Below are positions 29,401-38,051 of a DNA stretch of 39,267 bases, piece after piece. Each line of letters starts with the position of its first letter. Within the stretch, counting starts at the first letter, position 1. Made by a program: the position numbers and the translations under genes. The stretch lies in contig CAZOHB010000001.1 in assembly GCA_964579345.1 (NCBI GenBank), positions 1 to 39,267 on the forward strand, read 5' to 3'. Below the pieces are notes generated by a model, which was given only the letters and a program-made list of their open reading frames with translations, made no database searches and was not told where the DNA came from. The stretch is from an uncultured Parasporobacterium sp. (lineage in GTDB: Bacteria; Bacillota; Clostridia; Lachnospirales; Lachnospiraceae).

Positions 29401-32400
29401 GGAACATTCTGTCAGCGCGGTCCGCGTTGGTGCCCGTGTAGAACTGCTCCATCCATTCATCCACGCTGTCGCCTTCGGTTACCTCGGTCGGGAAGTCCAT
29501 CTTGACCGTGTCGATCACCGACGGTCCGTCGCCGATCGACCTCGTAAAGGTATAGTAGTATCTGCAGGTGTCGCCGACCTCGTATTCGCCCGTCGCCGGA
29601 TTTTCGACATAGTCCAGACGGCCGTAGCCGAGATCGTTCGTTATGATCCTCAGACCGTCCTCTGCAGTAGTCACTTCCATTGTGAACGGATGGACATTGT
29701 CATAGCACCAGGGCTCCATCTCTTTGAATTTCAGGATCGGGTCGTTCTTCTCGATCACAACGTTGATCGTATATGCTTTATAGAAGTCCGCGACGGCGTT
29801 ATCGTCAAGCCGTTCGCCGGCGCCGTCGGTCCAGTAAACTTCCTTGACGTGATAATCCGCATCGTCCGGAATCTCAACGTCTGTCCGGAAGTGCGCATCG
29901 ATCTCCGGCGGATTGATATTGGTGATCTCAACGTCATCCACATAATCGATGACTTCGACCTGTATCTTCGCTGTCTTTCCGTCCGGTCCGGTATAGGAGA
30001 GCGTCGCAACGCCTGCATTTCCTCCGAACGCAAGGCATCCGTTCGCATCGATATAGGCCACATCGGAATCCGTTGATTTCGCACTGTCAAAGTACAGACC
30101 GAGCGTATAGTTCAGCGGATATATGGTAAAGAGCTTGATATCGCCGCTCTGTACCTTTCCGCTCTTGAGGTCTTCGATGTCGAAGGTATAGCTGTCTTTT
30201 CTGGAAATAACACCTTCTGCCTCGACCTCAAACCGGATATCCGTCGTCGAATAATCAAAGTATCTCTTCGGAACTTCCTCCAGATTGGTCTGGTACTTCA
30301 CGCGTACGGTGTACTCTCCAGGCTTGATTGAAGCGTATCCCTGATCCGGTTTCAGATATTTCTCGTCGTAGAAGTCCTTCGGGAACTGCGCGGTCGGAAT
30401 CGGATCGCCTGCCTTCAGTTCCAGATTTCGGAATTCTTTGTATCTGTAATAGTGTCCTTCATAACCGACACTGTACTGGACATTGGTAATGTACTCGTCT
30501 TCTTCCAGACCGGTCACATTATCCAGGGACAGGGTCGCGTTATTGAAGATCGAGATATAGTTACCGTTCTTTCCGTAATCAATTCCGATCTCTCCTCCGA
30601 GCGGCTGCTCGAACGAGCGCTCCGGAATCTGATAAACATGGGAGTAGAAGGTCTGCATCGCGTCATAGTAGTCGGTCCAGTTGACGTTGACCGCAACTGC
30701 TTCTACCATGATCTTCTTGCCTGCGAGTTCTTTCGGAATATAGCAGGTATCGGTTGAACCGTAATCCTGATTGTTATTCTGATTGGAAAGATCGTAAGCG
30801 GTCGTATCCCGCAGGTCTTTTTCATTGACCCACTGCAGAGAGTATGCGTGGATCAGCCTTGCGATCGCATCATTGTTCTTCGGCCAGTTGTTGGTATCCG
30901 GATCGATATTATTTCCGTTATAGCGGATCTTCGGAAGCCCGTTCTCATATTCGACGAGATTTCCGCTTTCATCCTTTTCCTGCAGGAGTGGATCGTCCGG
31001 TGCCAACGTATTCGCATACAGGAAACCATCCTTGCCCCTCATCCACCAGGACGGTTTGTGCTGATCCTTGTTCCGGTTCAATTCCGCCTGCATCGTTTCC
31101 CGGTTGAGACCTGCTGCCTTTAACGACTGATAATTTTGAGCGATATCCCAGACATTGGTCGTTCCGGCAAGGAGCGTCTCCTTCTTTCCATTATCATCAA
31201 CGATCCACCACTGATAATAGATGTCGTGGATCATGTTGGTCTCCCAGTCGACATTACCGGTCTTGGCATTAACAAAGTTGATCTTTGCTCTCTGTCCTGC
31301 CTTGAACGGAGCGTCCCACTGCAGCGGGGTATAATCATAAGTCTGTTTATTGTATTCTTCCGAATATTTATGCTCTTTCGATCCGTAGCAGAGGAAGAGT
31401 ACGGAACTGGAGGCTTTCGCCGTATTCAGATTTGTCGTATATGCGTATGTATCCGTATTGGCATTATATGCGTTGGTCGAATACTGCTGGTTTCCGTTGT
31501 AATCAAATCCGAGACGCTCTTCCACATCCAGGGTGATCCGGTACATTTCTCCCTGACGGAACTTAAATGTCGGATCCTGCTGCTGGATCTTGGCCTCTAA
31601 GTCAATCAGGCGGATCATGGTCTTAAGCCCCTTACGTGCCTGATCTCCGTAGACCGCGACAGCGATCGGATCGTCATCCCCGATCTTTCCGTCTTTCCGC
31701 AGGTTCAGACGGGTCAGAGGATCCACCTTGTATACTTTGTACTCAAACCATTTCATGTTTGACACATAGTTATAATCCTGGAACAGAACATCGTAATTCT
31801 TATCAAAGACTTTCATAAGATTCTTCATGCTGATGTTCTCGACCGTTCGCGCGTCTACATAAGTCTTCCCTCCGAAGGTGGACGTCATCGTATTCAGTGT
31901 CGAGTTGAAACTGTTCGTGACCTTCGAAGGATCATTCTGCTTGTAATCACCGATTGCGCCGGATACAAGCGTTCCGAAGATCAATAAGTCATTGATCCGC
32001 AGCGGTTTAATCGGATCGCCATATGCGTCCACCGGTTCCTGATAGTACCAGGTCGGTGAAGTCGCTAAAGACTCTCCGTCCGGATCCAGGTTCTTGAACG
32101 TCGGCTTGATCGTGTAGCCGCTCGTGCTCTCGTCGTCGACCGGATAATAGAAGAGACGTTCTGTCGTGCTATAAGCGCCGCGGACGTTTTCCTCATCATC
32201 CTTAAACACCGTTGATATTGCATACTCATCTCCGCCATTTAACTGTGTCTTCAGGCGGAAGCTGTTTGTAGTATTGGTCCTGGCTGTGTTCGGATAGACT
32301 CTCAGTCCCTGTTTGAAACGGAGTTCCATATCGCTGCAGAACAGACGGTAGTGGTAGATGTCTCCGTCTCCACCGCTTTTATCATCCAGAAGGACCAACG

Positions 32401-34192
32401 CTCCGTTTCCGAACGTGTCGATGATCTGGATCCGGCCGTCGCGGATGAAATCCTCACTGAAGGAGGTAATTCCTAAGTTCATGGAGCCGCTGGTTCCGAT
32501 AAAGCTGGTGAAATGCTCCGTCTCGCTCGCGCTCTTGATTCCGACGTACTTCGCGGCATAATGGTTCTTAAATGTTCCGCCGCGGACCTGGACATTCGCC
32601 GTATCGATCGGAGTGGTTCCGTTGGTCTCATACTTCATCTCCTTGACACCCATGGATTCACTCTCTTCGATCGTAACCATTTCCTGATGCCGGACTCCGC
32701 TTTCATCCTGGTTGATCTGCTGTACCCGGTAACTATTACCGGCAGCTTCCACGATATTAAAGATATTTGCTCCATCCCTGCCTTCAAAAGTTCCGCCGAA
32801 AATATAAGCACGACCCCCGGAATACTGACCGGTCGCCGGATCATAGGTAGAAGCCGGGCCTCTTACTACTTCCACGACCGCATTTCTGGTATTATTGGAA
32901 GCACCATAGCCCTGAAAATCTCCACCGTAAGAGACGAAGGTTCCTAAGCTTCCGACCCGGACACAGGTTCCGAAGTTGATCTGCGTAATGCGGGAGTTCT
33001 GATCCACACCGATCATGCCCGCAATACCTTCCACGAAGTTAAACGCCGTATTTACAATGGATTGAATTGAACTCTGATTGACGGTTGCATCCACGATATC
33101 CTTGTTGGCCTTGGCAATCGCTGAATTCTTATCCGTCTTTGCAGAACCGTTGTCGTTCGCCTTCTGCTCTCCGTTGGTACTGTTATTCTTAGCCAGCGCA
33201 GGGATGTTTCCGTCAGCGTCCGGCTTCGGATGATCGATGCCGTCCTGTTTCTCCCCGATCGTCTGCATATCCTTCTTTCCGTCCGGATTCGTGGTCTTAG
33301 GGTCCGCCTTTTCTGCTTTTTTTATTCCCGGAGAAAGAGCTTCCGTATCTTCACTGATCTTCTTAAATTTTTCCACGACATCATCTTTGGCCGCAACAGC
33401 TGCGTCGATACCCGTCGCGTAAGAAGCAACAGATACACCGAGCTCTACGGCCTGACCGATTACGTTCTTTAATTTTGACCAGGAAAAATTGCTCTTAAAA
33501 TGGACCTTGCTGCGTCCGGCCTGGAAGTGTCCGCCGTAGATTACAAGGTTGCCGTCCTCGACATGAAAGAGATCAAAACTGGAAAAGTGCTCGACATCAT
33601 ACTTATAAGGATTCGGGCAGTAGCCATGGATGTAGATCCTTCCCGTTCCTCCGTCCGTATACTTCGCACTGGTGTCAAGAATATAGAACGTTGCTTCGTT
33701 TGTGATCTCGAAGGCTGTCGCCATATGGTGCTCCAGATCGTCCCTCGGACGAGGGGACTGCTCAGTCAAGCCCTTTGACCAGAAACGGGCATTGGAATCG
33801 ACCTGAAATTCAACAGTATGTCCGTTCAGATCAAGGACTTTCGTTTTTTGGATGACTTTCGTTGTCATGCACTCATGTTTCCATCGGTCATGCATATCCT
33901 CGGTCAGACTGATATATGTATCTTCCTCGTCTGTGCTTTCTAATAGTTCGATAAACTCATCATAGTCTTCCGGATGCTTCCATATTACGCTGCCATCCGA
34001 CGGATTCGAATATTCCAGCGTCCTGGCCATGGCCTGGCCTCGGGTATCCGTTCCGCCGCCTAGGACGATTGGAATATTGATCGAATCATCATACTCTCCG
34101 GCTGCCTGGGTAGCTGCCGGAACAGCAGGAAGCATGGTCACCAGCATAAAGACTGCCATCAATATGCTAAAGACTTTCTTCGCGTATTTCAT
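26411..34192 (-). CDS. Giant secreted protein (2,593 aa) of unrecognised family; beta-helix-like segments, Cys-motif repeats and two C-terminal Ig-like domains
   Basis: The RBS AAAGGAGAGGAG precedes the ATG at 34192. The signal peptide is MKYAKKVFSILMAVFMLVTMLPAVPAATQA. Four GGxF motifs occur (YGGHFQAG, YGGDFQGYG, FGGTFEGRDG, RGGTFKNHY). A low-complexity K/D/N-rich linker is present. A beta-helix-like run is NITFKGDGNLTLKGNHAFVQ...KGTGKITFENCG. Five H...C...G...Y.C..CG repeats follow, and the C-terminal 212 aa are homologous to the end of the LRR protein. Confidence 0.85.
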   Translation of the reverse strand: MKYAKKVFSILMAVFMLVTMLPAVPAATQAAGEYDDSINIPIVLGGGTDTRGQAMARTLEYSNPSDGSVIWKHPEDYDEFIELLESTDEEDTYISLTEDMHDRWKHECMTTKVIQKTKVLDLNGHTVEFQVDSNARFWSKGLTEQSPRPRDDLEHHMATAFEITNEATFYILDTSAKYTDGGTGRIYIHGYCPNPYKYDVEHFSSFDLFHVEDGNLVIYGGHFQAGRSKVHFKSNFSWSKLKNVIGQAVELGVSVASYATGIDAAVAAKDDVVEKFKKISEDTEALSPGIKKAEKADPKTTNPDGKKDMQTIGEKQDGIDHPKPDADGNIPALAKNNSTNGEQKANDNGSAKTDKNSAIAKANKDIVDATVNQSSIQSIVNTAFNFVEGIAGMIGVDQNSRITQINFGTCVRVGSLGTFVSYGGDFQGYGASNNTRNAVVEVVRGPASTYDPATGQYSGGRAYIFGGTFEGRDGANIFNIVEAAGNSYRVQQINQDESGVRHQEMVTIEESESMGVKEMKYETNGTTPIDTANVQVRGGTFKNHYAAKYVGIKSASETEHFTSFIGTSGSMNLGITSFSEDFIRDGRIQIIDTFGNGALVLLDDKSGGDGDIYHYRLFCSDMELRFKQGLRVYPNTARTNTTNSFRLKTQLNGGDEYAISTVFKDDEENVRGAYSTTERLFYYPVDDESTSGYTIKPTFKNLDPDGESLATSPTWYYQEPVDAYGDPIKPLRINDLLIFGTLVSGAIGDYKQNDPSKVTNSFNSTLNTMTSTFGGKTYVDARTVENISMKNLMKVFDKNYDVLFQDYNYVSNMKWFEYKVYKVDPLTRLNLRKDGKIGDDDPIAVAVYGDQARKGLKTMIRLIDLEAKIQQQDPTFKFRQGEMYRITLDVEERLGFDYNGNQQYSTNAYNANTDTYAYTTNLNTAKASSSVLFLCYGSKEHKYSEEYNKQTYDYTPLQWDAPFKAGQRAKINFVNAKTGNVDWETNMIHDIYYQWWIVDDNGKKETLLAGTTNVWDIAQNYQSLKAAGLNRETMQAELNRNKDQHKPSWWMRGKDGFLYANTLAPDDPLLQEKDESGNLVEYENGLPKIRYNGNNIDPDTNNWPKNNDAIARLIHAYSLQWVNEKDLRDTTAYDLSNQNNNQDYGSTDTCYIPKELAGKKIMVEAVAVNVNWTDYYDAMQTFYSHVYQIPERSFEQPLGGEIGIDYGKNGNYISIFNNATLSLDNVTGLEEDEYITNVQYSVGYEGHYYRYKEFRNLELKAGDPIPTAQFPKDFYDEKYLKPDQGYASIKPGEYTVRVKYQTNLEEVPKRYFDYSTTDIRFEVEAEGVISRKDSYTFDIEDLKSGKVQSGDIKLFTIYPLNYTLGLYFDSAKSTDSDVAYIDANGCLAFGGNAGVATLSYTGPDGKTAKIQVEVIDYVDDVEITNINPPEIDAHFRTDVEIPDDADYHVKEVYWTDGAGERLDDNAVADFYKAYTINVVIEKNDPILKFKEMEPWCYDNVHPFTMEVTTAEDGLRIITNDLGYGRLDYVENPATGEYEVGDTCRYYYTFTRSIGDGPSVIDTVKMDFPTEVTEGDSVDEWMEQFYTGTNADRADRMFLFQKGFSWTSFAEYTFKAYGYHVDPENPTDTMKSFMRGTIDGPKVIIDLNPNGDNVEVGFADEADMKVYVNGEIDPRTEIHGTWGAGSDYGIFNVPGALTVLDGRAIPPLPKYRVKDFNLVKGKTVYLDELLETEGGSIRLEPDLDQMEAITAYVDYDEVENSLFATAATSEPLKIPLYITVDGNGDGIVDMRVNENRQKTIFATQGEAPQLDNGYPIDVHVKTLKPDGSVAYEKDIEAIRYKDYASIDIPEVDGTFFTGVEKTGDPDFAAAASSWAGRYTADLKDGDSIVVKTVDVNDIVVKTSETEIYPDFPEAGDLCVSLDGDHWTTSKVAFTGLDPDTEYVLYYKQGIGEYFYTKPVRTKPEGDDYGVYVGRAPLTKSDPGDLERDGFHYDAASKTLTLKNYSITDMGIDVEYEKFLYAHVRSQSVIYSKKDLTIELIGDNYIEKLGGESNFLLGNIIRGKGNITFKGDGNLTLKGNHAFVQSVQAGDNKDIYLKGTGKITFENCGYGFYNLDGKVYYMNGELDFNNCGTPLKNLADFDDSGKKHDYTVYVTENDAETVQKLKLTEDEVDRILEDYNYNNDVLKYSHLVPNHNFNQQTQSVDCYVSGDCSKGATYYMSCSCGAVDHEHTFKAAAASHDMEHFEGKDATCIESGYKAYDTCKKCGYTTFKEIPAKGHSYTHHKEVHPTCDTDGCPAYDVCKVCGYSSLDKKIEAAMNGEDVVRDDLWIATGHDVIFVAESAAVKCGANGMKEHYKCVTCGHLFADETGTTPITKEELVTEPGHNLTAVPGKDAVKGETGNIPYYICEDCGEWFYDGLGTEKITNHDSTITFFGDPVISKKKASLKAGKTLTLKVTNGIPALWKSSKTGIATVSKTGKVTALKKGSTTITAMLADGKKVTCKITVSSNPTIKINKKAFKKKTTYTVKKGKTLNITITGKAPGVNNVYSTSKKKIAKVISKKTATKIKIKGLKKGSATVTVKVNGFAFKIKVKVK

Positions 34193-34354
34193 TCTCCTCT
34201 CCTTTCTGTGCTTCAGACTTGTTTACAACGTCTTATGTTTGTCCAGCTGATATCGTTTGGATTCTTTTCAATGTTTTATTTTGTGAACAATATTTATATA
34301 GAATAAACTCAGGAATTTTGGGGGTTTAGTGACACTTTTCTACGTTATCATTGT

Positions 34355-34382
34355 AAAAAAAGAGGGGGCCTTTTTCCCCCTC
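34355..34382 (-). terminator. Rho-independent terminator of the sensory operon
   Basis: The minus-strand RNA hairpin GAGGGGG-AAAAAGG-CCCCCTC (7-bp GC stem, 34362-34382) is followed by seven U residues (34355-34361). It lies 38 nt after the response-regulator stop codon. Confidence 0.8.
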
Positions 34383-34419
34383 ATAAATGATAGTTTTTAT
34401 TGTTTTTACTGAAAGATAT

Positions 34420-35049
34420 TTACTTAATTCCGGGCACGGTGATCCCGCTTCGCACCGCATTGACCGCCAGTTCCGTGCGGGAAGAAAAGCCGGTTTTCGA
34501 GATCAGATTGCCTACATGATAGCGGACGGTCGTCGTACTTAAGAAAAGCTGCTCCGCAATTTCTTTGTCTGTCAGCCCTTCCGCCAAAAGCCGCAGAACG
34601 TCCAACTCCCGTTCCGTCAGCTCCGATCCTTTTGTCAGCCCTAAGCTGACTTCCGGCGGCTGGTCCGGATACATCTGCTCGCCGGCCATCGTCCGGTCCA
34701 TCACTTCGAGCATCGGAGCTCTCTGCACTTCCTTATACCAGAACGAATCCACGCCGATCTCCCTCGCCCGCTTTAAAAACATGGCGTCCGGCATCGAAGT
34801 GACAATGATGATCCGGATATGCGGATAGGATTTTTTGATCCGCTCGGCGGCTTCCAGTCCGTTATACCCGTCATTCATGACTACATCCATCAGGATCAGG
34901 TCGACCTGCCCTGACGCACAGTAAATATCCGCTACCTTCGCGGTTTCCACCGAGGCCGTTACCGTATAACGCTCGGAAGATGAAATGATCTGCTCAAACA
35001 GCTGCCTTGGAACGATCTGATCATCTACGATCAGTACTCTGTAAGCCAT
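34420..35049 (-). CDS. LuxR/NarL-family response regulator
   Basis: The 209-aa ORF is preceded by the RBS AAAGGAGGAG. It has a receiver domain (VLIVDDQ...DLILMDVVM) and a GerE/LuxR helix-turn-helix (LTERELDVLRLLAEGLTDKEIAEQLFLSTTTVRYHVGNL). Confidence 0.9.
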   Translation of the reverse strand: MAYRVLIVDDQIVPRQLFEQIISSSERYTVTASVETAKVADIYCASGQVDLILMDVVMNDGYNGLEAAERIKKSYPHIRIIIVTSMPDAMFLKRAREIGVDSFWYKEVQRAPMLEVMDRTMAGEQMYPDQPPEVSLGLTKGSELTERELDVLRLLAEGLTDKEIAEQLFLSTTTVRYHVGNLISKTGFSSRTELAVNAVRSGITVPGIK

Positions 35050-36337
35050 CTGTCTCCTCCTTTGGGATAATAATCGTAACCCTCATCTCCGGCTGTGACT
35101 GAATATGCATCTGTCCGCCGGCGTTTTCCACAAGTCCCCGCAGCGAGTGCAGTCCGCCGGTTTCCCGAATCTCCGCCTCCGGCTGCTTTCCATTGTTCGT
35201 AAATACTGCCGTCAGGAATTCTTCCTGTTCCGAAAGGTGAATATATAAGCGGTCTCCCTTTGCATGTCGTATCGTGTTCGTCAGACATTCGTGGATTGCC
35301 GTAGAAAGGACGGCTTTGCGGATATCGCTCTCCGGAAGCGTTCCGTACACTTCGACATCCACGCCCAGTTTCCTTGCGGTCTCAAACAACAGTGTGTAAT
35401 CATCATTCGTTACCGGCTCATATCCGTTCTTGAGAAACGCTACATTCATTTGAAGCTTTTCACGTATGGTCTTCATTTCTTCATCAGAGCCCCCGTTTGA
35501 CAGATATTTCCGGATCAGAAGAAGATTGCTTCCCAGTTCATCATGAATCTTAAGGCGGGCATTTAAAATCTCCTGCGCCGCGGTCACTTCTACGATTTCC
35601 TTATTGATTTTTACAAGGTTCCGGTTGACCTCTGAAAGTTTTTCCATCAGCAGCTGCAGCTGACGGGTCTTCTGCCAGATTTCCGAAATATCTGCAATGA
35701 TCAGCATCGTTGCAGGCCGTTTATCATAAACCGTGTCTTTTTGCTGGACAGACCATGCACTGCTGCCTTCGTCCGCAATCACGATCTGGTCCCCGGTTCC
35801 GATACTTTGGAAACCCGGCGTGATCTGTCCGCTTTTCAGCTGTTCATAAAAAACCTTTCCGTTCTGCAAAACCGCACCGGTCATCCGCATGCAGAATCGG
35901 TCGACTGCTTTATTCTTCATCAGGACCCTGCCATTTATCAGGAAAAAGCAAAGACCGGTTGGCAGAGAGTCGATGGCTTCCTTCACCGAGGACGGCGTGA
36001 TCTGGTTTTTCTCGTATTTTGCAAACGACCGGAACGCAAAGATTTCTCCGAGGCATAGGAGCACAAAGATTCCGCCAAGCACCCAGACCGGTATTCCGGA
36101 AAAGATCCGGAGGGCGGTTTTTGCCGCAGTGGATATGACCTCTCCTGTAATATTGGACGAGACCTGCTGGAACAACAGAAAACAGACCAGCATCAGCAGA
36201 CCCGGCAGCACAAGGGTCCGGTATCTCTTCTGACGGATCTGAAGAACAAATATGATGAAGGCAACAAAAAATTGTATGACAGTCATAAGACCGAAAATCA
36301 GCCAGAACGGAGAAGTGACCGGAAGCGCTGCTATCAT
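35021..36337 (-). CDS. Membrane sensor histidine kinase (HisKA_3-type H box plus HATPase_c)
   Basis: The 438-aa ORF is preceded by the RBS GAGGAGG. It has three N-terminal hydrophobic segments, the H box ARLKIHDELGSNL, the N box HECLTNTIRHA and the G box ETGGLHSLRGLVENAGG. Its start forms an ATGA overlap with the upstream gene, and its 3' end overlaps the regulator gene by 29 nt. Confidence 0.85.
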   Translation of the reverse strand: MIAALPVTSPFWLIFGLMTVIQFFVAFIIFVLQIRQKRYRTLVLPGLLMLVCFLLFQQVSSNITGEVISTAAKTALRIFSGIPVWVLGGIFVLLCLGEIFAFRSFAKYEKNQITPSSVKEAIDSLPTGLCFFLINGRVLMKNKAVDRFCMRMTGAVLQNGKVFYEQLKSGQITPGFQSIGTGDQIVIADEGSSAWSVQQKDTVYDKRPATMLIIADISEIWQKTRQLQLLMEKLSEVNRNLVKINKEIVEVTAAQEILNARLKIHDELGSNLLLIRKYLSNGGSDEEMKTIREKLQMNVAFLKNGYEPVTNDDYTLLFETARKLGVDVEVYGTLPESDIRKAVLSTAIHECLTNTIRHAKGDRLYIHLSEQEEFLTAVFTNNGKQPEAEIRETGGLHSLRGLVENAGGQMHIQSQPEMRVTIIIPKEETDGLQSTDRR

Positions 36338-37941
36338 TTTGCACCTCCTCTGACTTCATACGACAACAAAATATTGGTGTCCTGTTCTTCCTGTGTGATG
36401 GAAAGTGTTTTTGTAAACACTTTTCCTGAGGCGTCTGCTGTTGAAAGCGACACGCTGTCAGCCTGTGCCAGCACCCGCAGGGTCAGCTTCTCTTCTCCGG
36501 CAATAATCGTAACCATCAGATTTCTTAAAGACGCAAAGCAGTTCTCCAGAATATCTTCAAAGTCCTGATAGGCTGCAAGGATGACTTCCGGAACATATAC
36601 TCCGATTCCGGAAGACCGGACTGCGGTATTGACCCCATTTAATTTTACGTATTCCAGGGATTCTTTCACCGCCGTAAACAGTTCCTCTGAAGAAAGCTGC
36701 CCGGAAGATGCAAGGATCTCCATGTTGCTGCGGCGCTTGATATATGCCCCCATGACTGCGATAAAAGGCATTACTTTTTCCAATTCTTTTTCGGAAGCCG
36801 CCTGTTCGACTTTATTCAGCTGCGGGGAGAGCACTTCCCGGATCCTGTCATACAGATGATGGCGCGTTTCCAGTTCCGCTTTCTCTTTGCGGATCGCGTT
36901 TTCGTTTGTCAGATAGGCATTTCGCGTCTCCATCTGGTAGTTCTTTTCTTCCAGTTCCCTGTTCAGCTGCTGAACCGGAAACAGATCGACTGCCCACTCG
37001 ACCCGTCCTCCCTGGATCGGATGACTGTTGATCTTTGTCGTCTCATCCGCGGAGAACGGATACTCCGCACCTGCCGTCTGATATACGGGTTTTCCGTCAT
37101 GATCCAGGATTGCAGCCTTCATATCGGACAGGCCAAATAGTTGTTCATAGCCGGTATTTGCCGGGATCATCCCAAGCTGGATACAGGACTCAAAGAATGC
37201 AATGATAAAGAAGCCGAAAATCTCCCCGTTCTGCCAGATGCGGATTCCATGAATCGTCGGAGAGAGATGGAAAAAATCCAGAATCAAAAATATTCCCATG
37301 AGAACCAGTGGAACTACCGGGATCAACCGGTATCCTTTATACAGCTCTCTCGGCATCTTTCTGAGAAAAATGATAAAGGCGATCAAAAACAGCAGCGCAT
37401 ACGTTCCATAGTAAACATAGAAAAGCAGACCATACCCTTCCAGACGCAGATCACTCATCGAGCTGTCCTGAAAGCGGAAGGCCAGCCGATGAAAATCATT
37501 TGTCAGGATACCAATGATGATCAGTACGCAGGGAATGATCGGAAGATACCAGCTTTTTCGCAGCGGCTTTTCGGAAATGCGGTTCACATTCAGGGAAATA
37601 TAAAAGCAGCAGAGGGCAACCACGATCATCGGAATATAATAGCAATACCAGACCCACCGATGCAGCGGCGAGTTTTCCAGGATCAGCTTATACCGGGCGA
37701 TCTGAAGAATATAGTAAAGCAGAAGAAAACCTGCTTCGATCAACAGCAAGCGTCTCAGGCGCTTATCCGCGACCCGCTTTTGAACCGAAAGCGCCCACAA
37801 TGCGGTAACCGCACCAACATAAAACTGCGTAATACAGTCTGTAAAGTCGACGCCGTAAAACACGACGTGGATCACGCCGCTCAAAAGAAAGGCAGCCACA
37901 AACAGAACGATCGCTTTTATGGATGATCCGGAGATGCGCAT
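36334..37941 (-). CDS. Polytopic (7-8 TM) membrane protein with a degenerate histidine-kinase-like C-terminal half (candidate pseudo-kinase or co-sensor)
   Basis: I chose the ATG at 37941 because AAGGAGGA lies upstream. The longer ORF starting at 38178 would overlap the oxidoreductase gene and has a basic, non-protein-like N-terminus. There are 7-8 hydrophobic segments followed by a coiled-coil. An H-box-like stretch, ETRHHLYDRIREVLSPQL, has Tyr at the position where the neighbouring kinase has the phospho-acceptor His. I see no G1 or G2 boxes. Confidence 0.6.
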   Translation of the reverse strand: MRISGSSIKAIVLFVAAFLLSGVIHVVFYGVDFTDCITQFYVGAVTALWALSVQKRVADKRLRRLLLIEAGFLLLYYILQIARYKLILENSPLHRWVWYCYYIPMIVVALCCFYISLNVNRISEKPLRKSWYLPIIPCVLIIIGILTNDFHRLAFRFQDSSMSDLRLEGYGLLFYVYYGTYALLFLIAFIIFLRKMPRELYKGYRLIPVVPLVLMGIFLILDFFHLSPTIHGIRIWQNGEIFGFFIIAFFESCIQLGMIPANTGYEQLFGLSDMKAAILDHDGKPVYQTAGAEYPFSADETTKINSHPIQGGRVEWAVDLFPVQQLNRELEEKNYQMETRNAYLTNENAIRKEKAELETRHHLYDRIREVLSPQLNKVEQAASEKELEKVMPFIAVMGAYIKRRSNMEILASSGQLSSEELFTAVKESLEYVKLNGVNTAVRSSGIGVYVPEVILAAYQDFEDILENCFASLRNLMVTIIAGEEKLTLRVLAQADSVSLSTADASGKVFTKTLSITQEEQDTNILLSYEVRGGAK

Positions 37942-37985
37942 CCGTTTGTCCTCCTTTCTTTCAACGTCGGTTCTCTGGGAAAACC

Positions 37986-38000
37986 GGAGATGTTTCTCCG
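37986..38000 (-). terminator. Weak hairpin between the oxidoreductase gene and the sensory operon (terminator or leader structure)
   Basis: CGGAGA-AACA-TCTCCG (minus strand) is followed by GTTTTCCC. A TATAAT hexamer (38026-38021, minus) lies upstream of the hairpin, so its role is ambiguous. Confidence 0.3.
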
Positions 38001-38051
38001 TCTCCCTTCCCTTTGCTTTTATTATAGAAAAAGAGTCTCTTCTTCTCCCCG

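Noticed and set aside
21580-30076. A series of long plus-strand ORFs inside the giant genes (21580..22587, 23815..24684, 27335..28123, 28223..29107, 29159..30076)
   Set aside because: All of them are antisense to the two long minus-strand reading frames of 1,656 and 2,593 codons, which have signal peptides and repeat architecture. The antisense translations are R/I/D/L-rich and lack motifs or RBSs. The same reasoning applies to 10330..10926, 14375..15052, 15238..16056, 37141..37926 and 38058..39173.
34193-34354. An attempt to assign a sigma-70 promoter for the 2,593-aa gene in the AT-rich leader (for example TATAAA/TATAAAT around 34285-34300)
   Set aside because: Several -10-like hexamers exist in this AT-rich DNA, but none has a convincing -35 element at 16-18 nt. 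I do not report a specific promoter and only infer that one probably lies between the terminator (34355-34382) and the RBS.
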